From Octopus vulgaris (lineage: Eukaryota), in contig OX597819.1 in assembly GCA_951406725.2 (NCBI GenBank), positions 5,580,001-5,644,000 of the forward strand: a stretch of 64,000 nucleotides of DNA. The letters are read 5' to 3'. The position numbers and the translations under genes are program-made. This document shows positions 1 through 13,160 of this stretch, piece after piece; position 1 is the stretch's first letter; every line of letters starts with the position of its first letter. The notes under the pieces are model-generated. The model was not told the origin of the DNA. It saw nothing but the letters and a program-made list of their open reading frames with translations, and made no database searches.

Positions 1-1173
1 GGGTACGCGTACTGCGCCTTCTTTTGCCAACCTAGTGATGGGATACCTCGAGAAAATACTCTACCAGAAAACACTCGAGAAATATGGAAACACTTTCTCC
101 ACCTATATCCAGAACAACTGGAAAAGATATCTCGACGACTGCTTCATCCTCTGGGATGAAAGTATAGAAAAACTTGAGGAATTTAAAATACTATTAAATG
201 GAATAAATGAAAATATTCAGTTCACGATAGATCATAACGAAGAAGAATTGCCATTTTTAAACATCCTCATTAAGAAGTCGGCAACAAAATAGAGACAGAT
301 ATCTATTATAAACCGACAGACTCCAAGCAGTACCTACCCTTTGATTCATGCCACCCAAGACACACTAGAATAAATGTCCCTTTTTGTTTAGCTAGAAGGA
401 TTTGCACCATAATATCAGACACAAACACCCGACACACACGTCTCCAGGAACTTAGAACTACACTCATAAATAGAAATTATCCACAGCCCCTAATAGACAG
501 TGCAATCCAACGAGCACTTAAATTAAGTATAGAAGACCTGAGACAAACAAAACCAAAAAAAAGAAAGAAAAATTAAAAACCCTTCCCTACATCTCTACAC
601 AACCCACTTAATAGTGAGGCCTTCAACACCATTCTACAAAGCACAGCCCTACTAAAGGGAGACCCAAAGATGAACCGGATCCTCGAAACACACACCATCA
701 TTAAAAGTAAACGGCAACCAAAATCCTTAAAAAAGATTTTAACCCAAGCTAAACTGCACTGAACAACAACCACAAAACCAGCAGTTAGAAAGCCCAACTG
801 CGGAATCTGTGTCATCTTGGTAGAAGGTTCAGAATTCACATTAGAACAAGGCCATCAGTTTACCATCAGAACAAACTTCACCTGTGCATCAGAAAACTTA
901 ATTTACGTCTTAACATGCGCAGGCTGCAATAGGCAGTATATAGGCCATACAAAAAAACAGCTTACGAAAAGGATGGCGGTGCATAAATCCCAAATTAGAA
1001 ATCCGGAATACAGGAAAATACCAGTCCGCGGACACATAGATAGATGTGCTTCAAATAAAAATCCCAAATTCACAACTTGCTCACTTTACAAATTCACTCA
1101 ACACCAAAATAAAGAACTTTATTTCATTAGAAAATTCGGACCAAGTTTGAACACCCTGGGCCAGGAATATTAA
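1..1173 (+). mobile_element. Penelope-like retroelement, degraded RT C-terminus + GIY-YIG endonuclease (runs off window start)
   Basis: ORF pieces with RYLDDCF, 'IQFTIDHNEEELPFLNI', YYKPTDSKQY (frameshifted) and 'NLIYVLTCAGCNRQYIGHTKKQLTKRMAVHKSQI...FGPSLN'; frameshifts and stops. Confidence 0.9.
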
Positions 1174-1476
1174 AACAACCAATGAGCTGCTGCAACCCCA
1201 ACCACCACCACCACGATTACTACTACTACGACCAACAGTCGCTGCTGCTACTGCCATTTCAACCGCTGGTCATTCGGACACATAAGACAGCTAAAAACAA
1301 CCACGTGGATTCTGTTGAGACCAGTAAGAAGCAATTATGAACTTTTTTATTACACTTAACTTTTTAAAATATTTTTGATAAGGTTCGTTTTTTCAAAAAG
1401 AACCGAAACATGTAAATTTTCTAAGAAAATTAAAATTTATCTTATATAGTGGCGTTTTCAAACTTATTTTTTTATA

Positions 1477-1764
<288 letters not shown>

Positions 1765-2550
1765 AATGCGTATCTGCATAATATGATAACAATCGTATGT
1801 GGAATTAAAATATAACTCACACATGCAGCCACACTAATATTCACAGTGGGGTATAATCGCTTCCTTTCACTGACGAAAGCAGATTTAGTGGAATGTGCTT
1901 CAAAAATAATATTGAAAATAATATTTCGTAGTCTTGTAAACAATATTTTAGTCACTTTTCCTTTTGTGTCACTTTTTGATTATTCGGTCTTGACGAGATG
2001 AGACAAGCCTTCAGTTTAACACAGCATCGAATAACTGGAATTTGCTGGCAAAAATTCTCAGATTTTTATTCCCTTTAGGGTAATTATGACATCAGAAAAA
2101 GGAAACGGTATTTACCGGTCAATACGTTCTGAGTTAAATATGATACACCCTAGATTTTTTTTTAAAGCTGGTAATAAATCACCCGGAATTATTTTAAAGG
2201 AAACCATGTATAGTTCTGCGATTTAAAAAATATGCCTCTCAAGGGTGGGTAAAAGTGATTCAGAAGGGTAGGACTCTCATGTGAGGTATCTTTTGAAATT
2301 TAGGGAATATAGATTGGATCTCAATCTTTTTGATTGGCCGTTTATAGAGTATTATACTACGTGCAAAGCGATGAAATAATCTAACTTCTTAAGAAAATTA
2401 TGGGAACACATATTTCTCTCTTGATCAGGTTTTTAGATATATTAAAAAACTTTTGCTTTTTGTAATTATTGAAAATTTTGAAATGTCATATCTTATATTG
2501 AGATATTAAACATATTTTATTTATCAGTTTATATTATCTAGATGCTTCCG

Positions 2551-2599
<49 letters not shown>

Positions 2600-3057
2600 G
2601 CGCGCGCACGCACACACTGAAACAGATGAGATACATTTTTCACGTTTATTTAATATAACTCATACGCATGCATATGCGCGCGCATGTGCGTGTGTTTCTG
2701 TGTTGACATGATTCCTATCAGGATCTTTCTGACTGATGGGGGTAAAGGAATGATGTCATCTCCCGGCTGAAACTTGGCTCGAATACTTCTGAGTGAACTT
2801 TGATAAACACACTCAAGATCTACCTAGTGGTGTTAAACTGGGCGCCAGATTAAGTTTACATCCCAAAATAGGAACAGTCCCTCCAACGAGCTTCCGTTCA
2901 GTTTCCACCTAAATTACACAAGTAAAATCGATAAAGGTTGTGTATATATTGAGAATGGAAGAAGCCATTCATACAGTCAAATTATTTAAGAAACAATGCA
3001 GCCACAGCAAAATCTTCTTTGTTGATGATATGTTGGTCTGCAAACTTAAAAATACTG

Positions 3058-3243
3058 ATTTCAAATTTTGGCACAAAGCCAGCAATTTCGGGGGAGGGAT
3101 AAGTTGGATACACCGATCCCAGTACTCAACTCGTACTTACTTTATCGACCCCGAAATGATGAAAGGCAAAGTCGACCTCAGCAGTATTTGAACTCAGAAC
3201 GTAAAGACGGACGAAATGCCGGCGCGGTAACGATTCTGCCTGC
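3058..3243 (-). mobile_element. SINE family E (tRNA-like head + Meta-domain-like core)
   Basis: tcgacccc-gaaa-gatgaaaggcaaagtcgacctc-gaactcagaacgt block shared with many copies. Confidence 0.8.
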
Positions 3244-3292
3244 TCAAAAATATTGAATTGAACAAACTTTAGGTGTTTCTTTTATATTTGGA

Positions 3293-5624
3293 CTAGCACT
3301 ATGACCCGGCATTGCCGGGTCTAGTGCTAGGGCTTGTTGTTCGGTGCCGGGTCGCAGTGAAAATCGTTCAGTAAATCAAGAGCTAAGTTTCTTATCAGAT
3401 TTCATCCGGGGCCAGTTTTGTTGCTTTTGAGCTAGTTGGAGTTTTATATGAGGGGTTTGTAAGTTTTCGTTTCACACCCAACCCAGTTCTGCGCAATCAG
3501 TGTCGCAACGGGAACGCATGGGTTGGGAGTTTGACTGGCAGAGGTGATCGAGTTGCACATGCCAGCCCTTTTGACACCAACCTCCCCTCACCTAACCTCA
3601 TCGTCCTATATGAGTTTATAGCAATGATGGGAAAGTAGTGCTGATTCCGGCGAAAAGGCAGAGCAAGAAGAGAACAAAAACAGCATTCAAAGTGATTTTG
3701 TGTATGACGCATGGCAGGAGGTAACAAAATAAGGTGAATAGTTCAAAGTTAATAACGCATGGAAGAATAGAAGACATCAAGGTTTCAATGGTATAAATAA
3801 GAGGTATGACGCATGGTAGCACATAAGACATTAAGGTCTTCAACTATGTCATCAACTAAAACCTAGACTAACCTTGTGGAAGGGGGCTCGGCAGCTTCTA
3901 ATCCCGATCTATCACTAACCCATCCTAGGGGTTCTATACCTATGACAGGGCTGTGGAGATGTCCATGGCTTGTATTTTTCGAAGGAGTACGACTGCAAAG
4001 AGTTAAGGACCATTGAAGAATGTAGGTATGGGATCCGCATTGGGGTACCTAACCAAAACTTGCCAACAGCTTTCACAAAAAGCGACCTATAGTCCGTTAA
4101 ACATGCTTGATTTATAATCATTTGGTCTTGCAAAACTTCGGGGTAAACGATATTTCTGGTTTTACCCTCAGGGGCATATACAAACAGGGCATTCTTACTT
4201 CCAACGCGGGAGCAGGCAACATAAAGTTGCCCATGTGAAAAGTAGGGCTCGCCCAAATGTACTCACGCGACTGAGAGTGTCTGTCCCTGCGATTGACATC
4301 GCAAAGCAAAGCTTCACCGGAAATTGCATCCGGCGGAAAGTAAAGAGAATATCTGATGGCGCAGAAAATATGTTCATTCTTGCAATGAAGACGGTTTCCC
4401 CCTTTCCTTGTCCCGTTATGATGATCGCTTCAATGAAGTCATTGGACAATGACTTGACGACTAGTCGCGTGCCGTTGCACTGTGTTGGCGGACGCAAATT
4501 CCGGATTAGCACGATGGGACAGCCCACTCACAGCCGCATAGTGTGAAGTGGAAGCCCTAATGGCATCAAAGCGTGCAACAACTCGATCGGGATTTGGGCA
4601 GCATCCTGTGGGTCTGGGATTCTATCAATTGACTTGTAGACACGTTCCTCACGCTGAATTCGGTTGAGGAGTTGTTCGTTGATGTCATCTACGGAAACGT
4701 TTTTGGGAGCCAAGATGGCTCTTTCGCTGAGATATGCCATGTCGGCATACTTGTTTTGCAAATCCGGGAAAACCGAGTCATAGAGGTCGGAAGGGCGTTC
4801 AACTGAACTGCAAAGGTGCGAGATGGAGATTTCACCCTTATCATTTTTGGGAACCTTCCCTTCCCCAAGGTCTAAAAGGTCAGCAGCAAACGATGCAGAG
4901 GTTGCATCACCGAGTAAGTGGGCGCGCATCTTTGTTTCTAACCGATATGTATCCACTTTTGTCCACAACTTGGAAGACTTTAGGCACGCTTGGACCCCAT
5001 CAGCCCAGGTGCCCTTGGAGATGATGGGGGGTGTTTGGCGGAAGTCGCCCGAAAGCAATACGACCACACCGCCCATAAACGGCGGAGGAGTCCCTTATAT
5101 TTCTCAAGCACCTATCCACGGCTTCAAGAGCACCCTTATGTGCCATGGTGCACTCATCCCATACGATCAAATGACAACGCTTCAGGACGTCTGCGTCATC
5201 TGAATTTGTTTTAATATTACACGTTAGAGCTTCGGGCCTTACCAAATCCAAAGGCAGTTTAAATGTAGAATGCGCAGTCCTTCCACCCGGCAGCAACGTA
5301 GCCGCGAGGCCCGAGATTACCACGACCAGTGCAATTTTCTTGTCTCGACGAACCCGGGCAAGAATTAATTTAGTTACGAGTACTGTCCAAATCTCCGACC
5401 AATCACATACAGCTAGCTGGCATTCAATTGGCGTATCAAGTTTCGGACATTTTGATTGGGTTTTGGATAGAAAATTCACAAAAAAAGTCACTTCTATCGA
5501 TTTTTTTATTGGCTTTGCGGGGTGACTGGGGAAATGTAAAGATGTGCACGACCACCGTTGGATGGATTTGAATGACAATAGAAAGTGCGAGCCCTCTAAC
5601 TGAAAAATTGTGGATTTGTATAAA

Positions 5625-5692
<68 letters not shown>

Positions 5693-5721
5693 AGACATGT
5701 TGCCGTTTATATATAGAGAGA
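3293..5721 (-). mobile_element. Helitron, internally deleted, with Pif1-type helicase remnant
   Basis: minus-strand 5' TCTCTCTATATATAAA at 5721; 3' hairpin GACCCGGCAATGCCGGGTC then CTAG at 3296-3293 followed by T; helicase motifs inside. Confidence 0.9.
4118..5385 (-). pseudogene. Helitron RepHel Pif1 helicase domain, frameshifted
   Basis: AATLLPGGRTAHSTFKLP, IVWDEC, LSGDFRQ, RAILAPKN, NLRPPTQCNGTRL, QFPVKLCFAMS, FSHGQLYVACSRV across several frames. Confidence 0.9.
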
Positions 5722-6681
5722 CCAGCAGCATAGCCCGGCGTTGCCCGGGTATGTAAGAGCCCCTAGTAGGCAACGACTAATCCCAATCTAGTCCTTTCCC
5801 TCTAGGGAACGAAGGCGCATGTGTAGGTTGCAATGTCTTCTCTTCACTCGAATACTTCTGTGTATACGATGTTCCTAGCTGTCCCTTTGGGCGAAAACAT
5901 GAAAACATCATTGCGCCTCCCAACGCGTGAACAGCCCACGTAGAGTTGACCGTGGGCGAAGCACTGTTCGCCCAACTGCAACCCAGCGACTTGTAGCGTT
6001 TGGCCTTGGGATTTATTGATGGACATTGCGAAGCAGAGTTTAAAAGGAAACTGAGAACGCCTGAAGTGGATTGGTAGGTCAGCGCCCGATGGTTGAAGGT
6101 GCATGCGTGGAATGAAGACGTCCTCTCCTTCCCACAACCGGTAAGTATTGTGGCCGTTATTAAATGTGGTGGCAAATGTTTCACAACCAGACGTGTGCCG
6201 TTGCACTGTTTAGGTGGAACCAAATTCCTGATGAGCATAATGGGCGCACCGACTTTTAACTTCAGGATGTGTGGTGGCAGGCCTGGCGGTTCAAGTGAAT
6301 TCAGGAATTCAACAGGATAATCGGCAAGCTCGGCGGAGTCTGCTGTCCTATCCATAGATTTGTAGACGTGGACATCACCAGGAATAGCTTCAAGTAGCTG
6401 GATATTGATGGAGTTGAGAGTTAAAAAGGTCGAGTTGCGCCCCCTAGACAGTCTGTGGTTTGTGTTTCTGATTCTCGACCCCATGTCGAATTTATCAATT
6501 TTTTTCAGAACTGGGGGAACTTTTCAAAATTTTCGCTGCGTTAGTTTTGAATTAAGACATTGGGCTATGTGTGTGTCAAGTTTCATTAGAATCGGTTGAA
6601 AGCCGTGGTCAGTGTGAGGGTACAACCTGACAGACAAACAGACACACAGACAGACAAACTGCCGTTTATATATAGAGAAGA
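5722..6681 (-). mobile_element. Second Helitron (deleted) with Pif1 C-terminal remnant at 5844-6410
   Basis: 5' A|TCTTCTCTATATATAAA at 6681; 3' hairpin CCCGGGCAACGCCGGG + CTGG (CTRR) at 5722; PVEFLNSLEPPGLPPHILKLKVG, FAMSINKSQGQTL, HGQLYVGCSRV. Confidence 0.88.
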
Positions 6682-7170
6682 TAATACGCTTAATTCTACA
6701 GACCTCATTTCAGCAACATGAGATGTAAAATTTCAATATCATTCCAGAGTGCTGAGTGAAATAAACCTCTTATCTAAGTGGGAAGTTGACTCTCGCTCTG
6801 TTTATATCAGGTAACACACTGAAAGCTATTTGGGACTTAGTAAATACATATTTTATAAATGGTGAAACAATGCGTAAAACTTCTTCAAAATATAGAGTTT
6901 TTATCAAACAGATCTATTATCAAAGGTACTCAAATCAGGACCTGCGCTTTTTCGGATTTAGTATTGTAACTAAGACTTCATTACCCGATGTATAATTTCA
7001 TTTCATAAGACTATATAGGTAGAGCAATGGCCGCCAAATCTGTTTTTTTTTTTATCACTGAGGACCCTTTAATTTAAACGATTTTCACCCTGAAAAGTAA
7101 CTGGGAGCCATGTAATTTATAGTTTTTGTGTCTATATGATTCGGTCTCAACGCATTTATTTACTTTAATT

Positions 7171-7559
7171 GTGGAGACGCAATGGCCCAGTGGTTAGGGC
7201 AGCGGACTCGCGGTCATAGGATCGCGGTTTCGATTCCCAGACCGGGCGTTGTGAGTGTTTATTGAGCGAAAACACCTAAAGCTCCACGAGGCTCCAGCAG
7301 GGGATGGTGGTGATCCCTGCTGTACTCTTTCACCACAACTTTCTCTCACTCTTACTTCATGTTTCTGTTCTACCTGTATTTCAAAGGGCCGGCCTTGTCA
7401 CTCTCTGTGTCACGCTGAATATCCCCGAGAACTACGTTAAGGGTACACGTGTCTGTGGAGTGCTCAGCCACTTACACGTTAATTTCACGAGCAGGCTGTT
7501 CCGTTGATTCGGATCAACCGGAACCCTCGTCGTCGTAACCGACGGAGAGCTTCCATCCC
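7171..7559 (+). mobile_element. SINE family B (tRNA-Arg-like head), full length
   Basis: A box TGGCCCAGTGG, B box GTTTCGATTCC; TSD ATTTACTTTAATT at 7158-7170 and 7560-7572. Confidence 0.92.
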
Positions 7560-7823
7560 ATTTACTTTAATTATTTCTCGCAGTCAATTTTTCCTGATAA
7601 CTTGCTCAGTAGAGCGTAGCGTTTCACTACGGGAGTGATGAGAAGAATTATATGTTATTTCATTGATATAACACAAATTCTGAGGCTCTGCAGTTGACAA
7701 ATATTCACCTCTATTCGTGAGAGGTAAAAGTCGAATTTCCATTCAATCAAACTCTTTTTTTTCTCTGCCATAGTGTTGGATAAGTTAAAAAAGGTTGCAA
7801 CAATTATAATTTTATTAAACATA

Positions 7824-7988
7824 GGCGTAGGAGTGGCTGTGTGGTAAGTAGCTTGCTAACCAACCACATGGTTCCGGGTTCAGTCCCACTGCGTGGCATC
7901 TTGGGCAAGTGTCTTCTGCTATAGCCCCGGGCCGACCAATGCCTTGTGAGTGGATTTGGTAGACGGAAACTGAAAGAAGCCCGTCGTA

Positions 7989-8054
<66 letters not shown>

Positions 8055-8280
8055 CGTGTGTGTTTGTGTGTCTGTGTTTTTCTCCCTAGCATTGCTCGAC
8101 AACCGATGCTGGTGTGTTTATGTCCCCGTCACTTAGCGGTTCGGCAAATGAGACCGATAGAATAAGTACTGGGCTTACAAAAGAATAAGTCCCGGGGTCG
8201 CGTTGCTCGATTAAAGGTGGTGCTCCAGCATGGCCGCAGTCAACTGACTGAAACAAGTAAAAGAGAGAGTAAAAGAGAAA
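7824..8280 (+). mobile_element. SINE family A (tRNA-like head, internal TA/TG microsatellite, (GTAAAAGA)n tail)
   Basis: GGAGTGGCTGTGTGGTAAG...GGGTTCAGTCCC head; about 19 copies in window. Confidence 0.9.
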
Positions 8281-8461
8281 GAGATAGCAGTTTGTCCAGC
8301 CCATTGTCAATCCTCACAAACCGATGAGAGACACTAATTTATCTTCGTTGTTATACCTGACTATATCGCTTTTCTGGTCTTCTTTACTTTTACATTTTCG
8401 CTAATTTCTTAAACAATTATCTGAGTAACGAATCTTCATTTTATTTTGAATACTCTAATCT

Positions 8462-8665
8462 TCTTCCGATTTCCTTCGGTCATTGGACTGCGACCATGGA
8501 GGGGCATCACCCTGAAGTCGAACAAATCGACTCCGGTAATTCATTTCTTAAAACCTGGTACATCTTCTATCGGATTGTTTTGTCGGACCACTGCGTTAAA
8601 GGGACATAAACAAACCAACACAGGTTTCAATGCGGTGGTAGGGGGACAAACATAAACATAAAAAT
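8462..8665 (-). mobile_element. SINE A, diverged 3' half
   Basis: similarity to family A 3' module. Confidence 0.6.
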
Positions 8666-8714
8666 GCACACATACACACCCACATACGTCCCCATATATA
8701 CATACATACATACT

Positions 8715-8757
<43 letters not shown>

Positions 8758-8794
8758 CATCAAATGAAATAAAAAACAGAACACAAAGGATGTC

Positions 8795-8886
8795 GCGGTA
8801 CACGTGTTTCAAGCTTTATACAACAACCTATTCTTACATTAATGTATAATCGACATAACAGATGGTTTAAAGCTCTCTTCAGCCGC
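8795..8886 (-). ncRNA. Type I hammerhead ribozyme motif with extended helix II
   Basis: minus: GCGG CUGAAGA GAGCUUUA..UAAAGCUU GAAAC ACGU GUA CCGC; stems I, II, III pair. Confidence 0.75.
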
Positions 8887-9178
8887 ATGCAATTACTATA
8901 CCAAAGACTTCCATCACATTATGAAAAAACCGATTATCTATAATGGTGGGTATATTGAGTTGCACAGAGAAAGTATGTTTGTAAATCTTCATAATCAAAT
9001 AGGTATTTAGGGTATCATTGGACTTCAAACATCCGTCCATACTCTATCATCAGTCAACATAGATGCATATACCCTCTCATCTCTGCTACTAGCTGGCATA
9101 TACAGGTGCTTACACTTATCAAGTATTCACCCTGAATTTATTGTACCTACCTGACCTACGTTTTCAATTGGATCGGAT

Positions 9179-9217
<39 letters not shown>

Positions 9218-9219
<2 letters not shown>

Positions 9220-9954
9220 TCTCTTTTACTTGTTTCAGTCATTTGACTGCGGCCATGCTGGGGCACCGCCTTTAGTCGAGCAAATCGACCCCGGGACTTA
9301 TTCATTGTAAGCCCAGTACTTATTCTATCGGTCTCTTTTGCCGAACCGCTATTTGACGGGGACGTAAACACACCAGTATCGGTTGTCAAGCAATGCTAGG
9401 GGGACAAACACACACACATACACATATATACATATATATTCTAAAGACTCCGCCGGTTACGACGACGAGGGTCCCAGCTGATACGATCAACGGAACAGCT
9501 TGCTCGTGAAATTAACGTGCAAATGGCTGAGCATTCCACAGACACGTGTACCCTTAACGTAGTTCTCGGGGATAATCAACGTGACACAGAGAGTGACAAG
9601 GCTGACCCTTTGAAATACAAGTACAACTCATTTTTGTCAGCTGAGTGGACTGAAGCAACGTGAAATAAAGTGTCTTGCTCAAGGACACAACGCGTCGCCG
9701 GGAATCGAACTCACAACCTTACGATCATGAGCCGAATGCCCTAACCACTAAGCCACGCGCCCTCACAATACATATATATATATACATATATACGACAGGC
9801 TTCTTTCAGTTTCCGTCTACCAAATCTACTCACAAGGCATTGATCGGCCCGGGGCTATAGCAGAAGACACTTGCCCAAGATGCCACGCAGTGGGACTGAA
9901 CCCGGAACCATGTGGTTGGTTAGCAAGCTACTTACCACACAGCCACTCCTGCGC
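9218..9954 (-). mobile_element. SINE A, interrupted by SINE C in its internal microsatellite
   Basis: 3' half 9218-9440 and 5' half 9770-9954. Confidence 0.88.
9443..9767 (-). mobile_element. SINE family C (tRNA head + CORE-like TGTGTCCTTGAGCAAGACACTT + family-B 3' module)
   Basis: A/B boxes on minus strand; 3' 170 bp matches family B; ATACATATATAT on both sides. Confidence 0.85.
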
Positions 9955-10139
9955 ATATATATATATGTATATGAAGGGCGACGCTCTTTCAGTTTCCGTC
10001 AATCAAATCCACTTACAACGCTTTTGTCAGTAATAATTTCATAATTATGAGTTATTTTTTACACTTTATTATCAAGTGTCAAAACTTTAAGTGAACTCCT
10101 CATTGCGCTCCAGTTATAGGATTCGTTTCCAAGGTCCCC

Positions 10140-10720
10140 TAACTGATGCAGCCAGTCGTTGGTGTGCTACACTAGACGCTTTCATACTCGCCCATCGACA
10201 ATGGTTTCTGTTCTCTGTCATGCGTAGCAGGGTCGCTGGGTTGCGACCTATCCAGTCCTTGATGTTGTGAAACCAGAATTTTCTTTGCCCTTCTTTCGCC
10301 CTCCTTCAACTGTGCCCTGGCAAATGGTTTTAGACGGGGAGTTGCGACGGCATACATAGTCTTACCAAGCAAGCTTTCGTCTTTTTACCTGGGCAAGGAG
10401 TGGTTCCTGTCTGCCAGAGTATTTGCTGCCTAACAAATATTTGCGTTTTGTGCTCTAGACCGGATGCGTAGCAGCCTTCTGAAGCACGTGTGCTCAAATA
10501 CCTGGACTCTTCGTTCCATGTCAGCTGTAGAAGGATCGAAGTTATCAGAGACTTGTAAACTCTGAGTCTTGTTGGAAAACTAATAGAATTGCTTTTCTAT
10601 ATGGTGTTCAACTCCGTCAGTCTAGCAGAGATTAAACTAAGTCGTGTTATCCCCTTTTGAGATCTGCCGTACTTGATCACAATGGATCCTAGGTACTCGA
10701 AGTGTCCACTTCATGAAGTC
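10140..10720 (-). mobile_element. Degraded RTE-clade LINE 3' ORF fragment
   Basis: minus-strand remnants resembling FEYLGS, FEH-CFRRLLRI, ICQGTVEGGRK, W--NIKDW; many frameshifts. Confidence 0.65.
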
Positions 10721-10816
10721 TCCTTCCGTTCGTGATGTTCGTTGCTGTTTTTGTTGTTGCTATTAATTATATATATATACACACACACCCACATATATAT
10801 ATATATGTATATCTAT

Positions 10817-11022
10817 GTGAGTGTCATTGTGTCTGTTTGCCACCATCACTGCTTGACAACCGGTGTTGGTGTGTTTACCTTCCCCTTAACTTAGCGGTTT
10901 GGCAAAAGACACCGATAGAATAAGTACCGGACTTAAAAAAATTCAATTAATTCCACTCAAAGTTCTTCAAAGCGGTGCCCCAGCATGACCGCAGTCTAAT
11001 GACCGAAGCAAAATAAAAGATA
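10817..11022 (+). mobile_element. SINE A, diverged 3' half
   Basis: gcttgacaaccg...gatagaataagtac...ccgcagtc. Confidence 0.7.
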
Positions 11023-11129
11023 GAACGAAGTAAGAAGTGAGTCAATTTTTTAACAGTGCGATGGCAATTCCGAACAAGTTTCTGTAAAATGTTTCTATAA
11101 ACGATCACTACAAGATCTTAAAATAACTT

Positions 11130-11541
11130 AGGAGTGGCTGTGTGGTAAGTAGCTTGCTTACCAACCACATGGTTCAGTCCCACTGCGTGGCATCTTGGGT
11201 AAGTGTCTTCTACTATAGCCTCGGGCTGACCAAAGCTTTGTGAGTGGATCTGGTAGACGGAAACTGAAAGAAGCCCGTCATATATATATGTATATTTATA
11301 TATATGTATGTGTGTGTGTATGTTGTGTATCTGTGTTTGTTCCCGCAACATCGCTTGACAACCGATGCTGGTGTGTTTAGGTCCCCGTAACTTAGCAGTC
11401 CGGCAAAAGGGACCGATAGAATAAGTACTAGGCTTACAAAGAAAAAGTCCTGGGGTCGATTTGATTCGACTAAAGGCGGTGCTCCAGCATGGCCGTAGTC
11501 AAATGATTGAAAGAAGTAAAAGAAAAAAAAAAAGAGTAAAA
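11130..11541 (+). mobile_element. SINE A
   Basis: near full-length match to family. Confidence 0.9.
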
Positions 11542-11631
11542 GAATGGTTTTTCCGTAGATGAACACCGAATGGCAAAAGTAACTTTAAAATGAACGATTT
11601 TTTCCAATTAATATTATTCGGTTACCTAAGA

Positions 11632-11842
11632 TGGCGAGCTGGCAGAATCGTTAGCACGCCGGGCGAAATGCTCAGCGGTATTTCTTCTGCCTTTACGTTT
11701 TGAGTTCAAATTCCACCGAGGTCGACTTTCCCTTTCATCCTTTCGGGGTCGATAAATTAAGTACCAGTTACGCACTGAGGTCGATGTAATCGACTATCCC
11801 CTCACCCCAAATTGCTACTCTTTGTGGCAAAATTTGAAATTA
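11632..11842 (+). mobile_element. SINE E
   Basis: GGCGAGCTGGCAGAATCGTTAG head, GAGTTCAAATTCC B box, CCTTTCATCCTTTCGGGGTCGATAA core. Confidence 0.88.
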
Positions 11843-11846
11843 TCTA

Positions 11847-12242
11847 TACTTGTTTCAGTCATTTGACTGCGGCCATGCTGGAGCACCACCTTTAATCGAG
11901 CGACTCGACCCCGGGACTTATTCTTTGTAAGCCCAGTACTTATTCTATCGGTCTCTTTTGCCGAACCGCTAAGTGACGGGGACATAACCACACCAACATC
12001 GGTTGTCAAGCAATGCTAGGGGGACAAACACAGACACACAAGCACACACGCACATATCTATATACATATACATATATACGACGGGCTTCTTTCAGTTTCC
12101 GTCTACCAAATCCACTCACAAGGCATTGGTTGTTGGGAGGCTATAGTAGAAGACACTTTCCCAAGGTGCCACGCAGTGGGACTGAACCCGGAACCATGTG
12201 GTTGGTAAGCAAGCTACTTACCACACAGCCACTCCTGCGCCT
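11847..12242 (-). mobile_element. SINE A
   Basis: family match. Confidence 0.9.
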
Positions 12243-12768
12243 GGCTGTTTATGAATGACACAGTAAATGCATCGGGGGGGGGGGGAGTAAACAAATCACC
12301 ATCAGTAGTTTTCGTATCTTATTTATTTTAAATTTATTCCACTTCTTTCGTTAACTCTCTCTCTCTCTCTCTCTCTCTTCTCTCAACCTCTCTTTCTCTG
12401 TCTGTTTCATTCTTTTTTGCTCCTTTCCCGCCTCCTCGTCGTCTACCTTCTCCTACTCCACCTCATACCACCACCACCACCACCACCACTACTACTACTA
12501 CTACTACTTCTTCTTTCCCCACAGTGAATGACAGAGACAGAGAGAGTGGGAGAGATAGGGAGAGAGAGAAAGGTTGAGGGAGAGAAAGAGGAAGTGGGAG
12601 AAAGAGAGAGTAGGAATGTAAAAATATTATTTGTGACTGTAAGAGAAATTATGTGTATATATATGTATACGAGAAAATATAGGCTATGGTGTAGCTTTAT
12701 GGGTATGTATATAAGAGTGACAGAATGTTTGTGTGTGTGTGTGTATGTGTTTTTTGTACGAGAATTAA

Positions 12769-13160
12769 GGAGGAGGGAAGCACTCCGTCGGTTACGACGA
12801 TGAGGGTTCCGGTTGATCCGAATCAACGGAACAGCCTGCTCGTGAAATTAACGTGTAAGTGGCTGAGCACTCCACAGACACATGTACCCTTAACGTAGTT
12901 CTCGGGGATATTCAGCGTGACACAGAGAGTGACAAGGCCGGCCCCTTGAAATACAGGTACAACAGAAACAGGAAGTAAGAGTGAGAGAAAGTTGTGATGA
13001 AAGAGTACAGCAGGGATCACCACCATCCCCTGCCGGAGCGTCGTGGAGCTTTTAGGTGTTTTCGCTCAATAAACACTCACAACGCCCTGTCGGGGAATCG
13101 AAACCGCGATCCTATGACCGCGAGTCCGCTGCCCTAACCACTGGGCTATTGCACCTCCAC
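12769..13160 (-). mobile_element. SINE B
   Basis: family match; TSD TGTACGAGAATTAA at 12755-12768 and 13161-13174. Confidence 0.92.

Noticed and set aside
4118-6410. Host PIF1 helicase gene
   Set aside because: Intronless, frameshifted and bounded by Helitron termini.
7171-7245. tRNA-like sequences at SINE heads
   Set aside because: A/B boxes are present, but they continue into SINE bodies with TSDs and lack a clean cloverleaf and terminator; not tRNA genes.
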